From Rubrobacteraceae bacterium (lineage in GTDB: Bacteria; Actinomycetota; Rubrobacteria; Rubrobacterales; Rubrobacteraceae), in NCBI GenBank assembly GCA_965219175.1, contig CBDCNI010000001.1, forward strand, positions 94,026-158,025: a stretch of DNA of 64,000 bases, written 5' to 3'. The notes beneath the pieces are model-generated. The model ran no database searches. It had not been told where the DNA came from and worked only from the letters and a program-made list of their open reading frames with translations. Positions 60,219 through 64,000 of the stretch are shown piece after piece (the first letter of the stretch is position 1; each line of letters begins with the position of its first letter). The position numbers and the translations under genes are program-made.

Positions 60219-61700
60219 CTAGAGTTCTTCGGCGATCTCCAACGCGGGCTCCGCGACTTCCGTGCTCTCGGCACGCACCGACGCCATCAGGGCCGTGTAA
60301 GCTACGAACGAGACCCCGAGGCCGAGGAACCAGGTGTAGTGTGAGAGGGAAGCTAGAAACCCGAGGCCGAGCAGCGGCCCGAAGACACCGACGAAAGCGA
60401 CGGTGAGGCCCAGGGCTGTCGCAATGAGCGCCCGCGGGTTCCAGCCTCCCGTGTACTCGTAGTCTCCATCTTTGGTATAGAAACTGGCGAGATCGTAGTT
60501 GCGGCGCCGGACGAGATAGAAGTCCGCGATCATTATTCCGGCCACGGGACCGAGCGCCCCGCCGATGTAGCCGAGCACGGCGAAGATGGTCTGGGCGTTG
60601 TCCATCCACAGCCAGGGCGCGAAAAAGAAACCTACGAGGATGGAGATCAAGCTGGCCCGCACGAAGTTCAACTTTCTCGGGAACATATTCACCAGGTCGT
60701 AGGCCGGAGATACGATGTTCGCCGCCACGTTCACCGAGAGCGTGGCTATAAGTATGGTCGCGGCCCCGAGGAACAGGATTATCGGGTTGTCGAACTGCTG
60801 TATGAGAGCGACGGGCTCGTAGATGGGACGCCCGAAGGCGATGGTCGAGCCGGCGGTAATAGCGATGCTCATGATCGAGAAGAGGATGGTCGTGAGCGGC
60901 AGCCCGATAGCCTGTCCGGTCATCTGGTCTTTCTGGGAACGGGAGAATCGGGTGAAGTCCGGGATGTTCAAGACGAGCGTGCTCCAGACGGAGACAAGCC
61001 CGGTCACCGAGACCGCGAACAGCGGCCAGAACTGACCAGGAGCGAGCTTGCTCGGCTGGTCGAAGAGGGGAGCGACGCCCCCGGCGGCACTCACGGCCCA
61101 GACGACGAGGGCGCCCGCCGCGACGAGGACGATAGGCCCGGCCCAGAGTTCGAAGAACTTGACCCGCTCCATGCCGTGGAAGATCACATACGCGTGCAAC
61201 GCCCAGAAGATGAGAAAGGAGATCCAACCATTAACCCCCATCCCCAGAAACGAAGCGTCCAGCGACTTCCAAGCCGGGAAGACACTCCCGATGATGGCGT
61301 TGATCGCCAAACTCCCGATATAAGTCTGAACGGCGAACCAGAAGATAGCCACGAACGCCCGAATAAATACCGGCACCTGCGCCCCCCGATACCCGAACGA
61401 AGCCCGCAACAACACGGGGAAAGGCACCCCGTACTTCGCCCCCGCCACGCTATTGAGCCACATCGCCAGGACGAGAACCACGTTCGCCGTTGTCACCGTT
61501 CCAAGCGCCTGCCACGGGCTCATCCCGAGGCCGAGCAACCCGGCCGCCGTCGCGTAAGCTACCGCGTTGTGAACCATCCCCATCCAGACCGTGGAGTAGT
61601 TCACCCAACTCCAGTCCCTCTTCTCTCGAGGAATGGGCTTCAGGTCCTCGTTATAAAGCGTGGGGTCGAACTGCTCGCCCCGGCCGGTCGCCACACTCAA
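60219..61700 (-). CDS. NCS1 family nucleobase/hydantoin:cation symporter
   Basis: NEDLKPIPREKRDWSW, GVPFPVLLRASFG, 12 TM. Paralogous to 50741-52264. Confidence 0.9.
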   Translation of the reverse strand: MSVATGRGEQFDPTLYNEDLKPIPREKRDWSWVNYSTVWMGMVHNAVAYATAAGLLGLGMSPWQALGTVTTANVVLVLAMWLNSVAGAKYGVPFPVLLRASFGYRGAQVPVFIRAFVAIFWFAVQTYIGSLAINAIIGSVFPAWKSLDASFLGMGVNGWISFLIFWALHAYVIFHGMERVKFFELWAGPIVLVAAGALVVWAVSAAGGVAPLFDQPSKLAPGQFWPLFAVSVTGLVSVWSTLVLNIPDFTRFSRSQKDQMTGQAIGLPLTTILFSIMSIAITAGSTIAFGRPIYEPVALIQQFDNPIILFLGAATILIATLSVNVAANIVSPAYDLVNMFPRKLNFVRASLISILVGFFFAPWLWMDNAQTIFAVLGYIGGALGPVAGIMIADFYLVRRRNYDLASFYTKDGDYEYTGGWNPRALIATALGLTVAFVGVFGPLLGLGFLASLSHYTWFLGLGVSFVAYTALMASVRAESTEVAEPALEIAEEL

Positions 61701-61748
61701 TAGAGATACCTCCCGTAGTCGTTCGCACGTATATGCACACGCTAAATG

Positions 61749-61892
61749 CTACGGGAGAGAGCTATACGAAAGCTTTGGCCCAAAGGCTAGTTTTCGGACG
61801 TGTCCGGACCCCGCTCTTTGTCCAGACACCAGAGCCACGAGATAGATCGCCGCAAAAGGGAACAGCATCGCCTCAAGCGTGGAGAGACGCAT
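61749..61892 (-). CDS. possible 47-aa hydrophobic peptide upstream of the NCS1 gene
   Basis: ATG 61892 lies 7 nt after GAAGGAGGG. MRLSTLEAMLFPFAAIYLVALVSGQRAGSGHVRKLAFGPKLSYSSLP has one TM-like segment. No homology is recognised. Confidence 0.3.
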   Translation of the reverse strand: MRLSTLEAMLFPFAAIYLVALVSGQRAGSGHVRKLAFGPKLSYSSLP

Positions 61893-62040
61893 ACCTCAGC
61901 CCTCCTTCAGATCTTCTCTACAACCGTGCCTCCCTCCGTCTGCAAACCGATCCAAAAGTGCCGGATTATTAGCAGATGGGGTCACACAAAGCCATAGGCC
62001 GAGCGTACAATCTTTTCGGGACAACACAAGGAGGACGGAG

Positions 62041-62601
62041 ATGGGCAAGGTCTACGACAGCATCAGCGAAGAGTGGGCTATTTGGATCTCGGAGCAGCCA
62101 ATGTTCTTCGTCGCCACCGCACCGGCCGATCCCGAGACGCACGTCAACGTCTCACCTCGGGGGCTCGACACCTTCAGGGTCATCGGCCCGAACCACGTCG
62201 CGTGGCTGGACCTCACGGGCAGCGGCGTCGAGACCATATCCCACATCAGGGCGAACGGCAGGATCACCCTGATGTTCTGCGCCTTCGAAGGACTTCTCAA
62301 CATCTTGCGCCTCTACGGCCACGGCGAGGTGATCGAGCCCGGCGACCAAGGATACGAGGAGTCGCGCACCCGCTTCCCCGACTTGCCCGGCGAGAGGGCG
62401 ATCATCGCCGTTGCGGTCCACCGGGTGGCGAGCTCGTGCGGTTTCGGCGTGCCGCGCATGGAATTCGTCAGCCCCCGCGAGCAACTCCTGACCTCAGCCG
62501 AACGCAAGGGCCCCGACAAAATGGCCGAGTACCGTACGCTCAACAACACCCGGAGTATAGACGGCCTGTCGGGCATCGATCCGGCCCGCTCGAAAAGTTA
62601 G
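62041..62601 (+). CDS. pyridoxamine 5'-phosphate oxidase-family (split beta-barrel flavin/deazaflavin) protein
   Basis: ATG 62041 after AAGGAGGACGGAG. FFVATAPADPETHVNVSPRG...WLDLTGSGVETISHIRANGRITLMF is typical of the PNPOx-like/FDOR fold. Confidence 0.8.
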   Translation: MGKVYDSISEEWAIWISEQPMFFVATAPADPETHVNVSPRGLDTFRVIGPNHVAWLDLTGSGVETISHIRANGRITLMFCAFEGLLNILRLYGHGEVIEPGDQGYEESRTRFPDLPGERAIIAVAVHRVASSCGFGVPRMEFVSPREQLLTSAERKGPDKMAEYRTLNNTRSIDGLSGIDPARSKS

Positions 62602-62631
62602 AGGAAGCAGGCGTCAATTCCGCCGCAGGGG

Positions 62632-62772
62632 CTACTTCCCCGTCCAGCGGAGCTTTGGGATCACCCGTTCTCCATACACCCGGATGAACTCTTCCTGGTT
62701 GCGGCCGACGTTGTGGACGTAGACTTCGTCGAAGCCCAGGTCCACGTACTTCTGGATATACACTCGGTAAGC
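62632..62772 (-). pseudogene. 3'-terminal remnant of an LLM-class (F420-dependent G6PDH-like) oxidoreductase
   Basis: The minus strand encodes ...RVYIQKYVDLGFDEVYVHNVGRNQEEFIRVYGERVIPKLRWTGK*, which resembles the C-terminus of F420-dependent LLM dehydrogenases. High GC. The frame is cut off at the stop codon of the low-GC methyltransferase gene. Confidence 0.45.
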
Positions 62773-62773
62773 A

Positions 62774-64000
62774 CTATAGATCGAACATTATTTGAGGGTT
62801 ATAGTCACCTTTGAACAGAATTTCCGCCAACGATACAGAATCAACCGTTTCTTGCCACTCCTCAGAGGTAATAAGGTTTCCGAGATCGGCTCCAACACGA
62901 TTCAGCAACGAGTGTCTATCGGTTCGTTCGAGCAACGCTAGGAGATCAATGCGCTGCAGGAGTTTTTTAGTGATGGGTCGCTTTGAATCGAGAAAACTTA
63001 TTGAGTGAATCAATCCGAGGCACAATGGATCATTCAACAGGCCACTCAACAGGATTGCTTGCTCAGGGGAGCGACAAGGAACAAAATAACTCGTGTCATC
63101 AAGCATTACTGGGCGCCCTTCCACAGGACCGATTGCTCTGAACTTCGGTGACTTGTGCAACCCAGACACGCCAACCTTGTAGAGGTTGAACGAGTAATCC
63201 CCAACCCCAAATATTGAGAAGGGAGGCTTGTTGCGGTAGATAGAAGATTTTCTGCGATCAAATATTTCAGTATGAATCGCAAGATAATCCCATAGTTGCG
63301 GAGCGGTCCACTTCAGCTGATTCGTACTCTCGTTCAGCATTTTCTGGGTGACTATTACTTGCTTTTGCGGCTTTGTCCCGTGGAACAGATCTGAGCTTTT
63401 AAGCAAAGGATATTTATGCTCAGGCTCAACATCGACGGTTTCACCGAGCTTATTAACGAGACAGCCTGAGCCATCGTAACTGAGTTCCATTACCGAAGCG
63501 GCGTCGTGTTTAAGACCTTGACGCCAAGTAAAGGAACAAACTCCATCCGCGAAGGCCGAGCGCTCGTGCGCTTCGATATCCGAGACCAGTTGTCCATTGA
63601 CAAACCCCATGACGGCTTCCGGTTTCCCGGCGTGGAGGTCCGCAAACACATTCGTTTCGTAGCAACGTTCTCCGGGCCCGACATCCACGAGGAAAAGACA
63701 TGCTTCCACAGAAGCTTTGAACCACTTTTTGGCGTCAATTCTTCTTATGGATGCACCGGTGATGGGTAGAGCGGCTTCGAACGCGAACCGTAAGACGTTG
63801 CGCGCCACCGCAGTTTTACAGAGCAAAGCTATTGTTGCTCGTTCTGGAGCAAGCTCCTTTATCAACTTCAGCCAGATATACTCTGCGACATCGAAGTTGG
63901 AACTACCGGTAAGCGCGTCTAGGCCCTGCAATCTCTTCAAGTTCGTTTTGGCCGGCAAGTTGTCACTTCCAAGAACACCTAACTCCGCATTAGTGACCCA
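62774..64000 (-). CDS. N6-adenine-type DNA methyltransferase with TaqI_C/Eco57I-like C-terminal target-recognition region (5' end beyond window)
   Basis: The frame is open to the window edge, where it reads WVTNAELGVLGSDN, as expected just after an NPPW motif IV. LLCKTAVARNVLRF and HKYPLLKSSDL are typical of this MTase class. Sampled GC is 21/60 at 63241-63300. Confidence 0.7.
   Translation of the reverse strand, partial: WVTNAELGVLGSDNLPAKTNLKRLQGLDALTGSSNFDVAEYIWLKLIKELAPERATIALLCKTAVARNVLRFAFEAALPITGASIRRIDAKKWFKASVEACLFLVDVGPGERCYETNVFADLHAGKPEAVMGFVNGQLVSDIEAHERSAFADGVCSFTWRQGLKHDAASVMELSYDGSGCLVNKLGETVDVEPEHKYPLLKSSDLFHGTKPQKQVIVTQKMLNESTNQLKWTAPQLWDYLAIHTEIFDRRKSSIYRNKPPFSIFGVGDYSFNLYKVGVSGLHKSPKFRAIGPVEGRPVMLDDTSYFVPCRSPEQAILLSGLLNDPLCLGLIHSISFLDSKRPITKKLLQRIDLLALLERTDRHSLLNRVGADLGNLITSEEWQETVDSVSLAEILFKGDYNPQIMFDL

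Noticed and set aside
59857-61227. 456-aa minus-strand ORF
   Set aside because: It is an alternative frame overlapping the NCS1 permease (60219-61700) and the codA 5' end. It is extremely Arg-rich (RRGGRPRRLGRECRRGRR). The NCS1 frame is clearly the real one.
1-64000. CRISPR arrays, rRNA or tRNA genes, transposases, integrases and IS elements
   Set aside because: Scanning the intergenic regions and the ORF translations, I saw no repeat-spacer arrays, no cloverleaf-like conserved tRNA segments, no rRNA-like stretches and no transposase or integrase motifs. A computational scan (tRNAscan-SE, Infernal, ISEScan) would be needed to be certain.

Overview
High-GC (hand counts of about 70% in housekeeping stretches) bacterial chromosome segment, densely coded, with a gene set resembling a deep-branching actinobacterium such as Rubrobacter. 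That taxonomic guess is inference only. The backbone holds mutS/mutL, leuCD with a divergent IclR regulator, trpS, malQ, lepB, trxB, purEK and PolX. It is rich in membrane-lipid genes: a methyltransferase-psd-pssA operon, a phosphatidylcholine synthase homologue, DedA, a GT28 glycolipid synthase cluster and a PAP2/two-component operon. There is also a BCCT transporter with a coupled OpuAC-type binding protein, and a roughly 11 kb minus-strand pyrimidine/hydantoin catabolic cluster (codA, three NCS1 permeases, dihydropyrimidinase, M20 carbamoylase, aminotransferase). I found no rRNA, tRNA, CRISPR array or transposase. Several short, clearly lower-GC insertions are the best candidates for novel biology. 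These are a PIN toxin-antitoxin pair wedged between mutS and mutL, and a solitary Mrr. A third is a trxB/polX islet with a divergent UDG-superfamily protein and a DUF2384-like ORF separated by one in-frame TAA. A fourth is a purE-adjacent islet with a DUF4258 toxin, a Cys-less YgiT-like partner and a very AT-rich HEPN (Rx4H) protein. The last is a window-edge N6-type DNA methyltransferase that appears to have truncated an F420-type LLM oxidoreductase. Also seen: a yybP-ykoY Mn riboswitch with a coupled uORF ahead of TerC, a CDF transporter with three tandem cytoplasmic domains, and a lipoprotein that seems to need a CTG start. All family assignments come from motif recognition by eye and need database confirmation.
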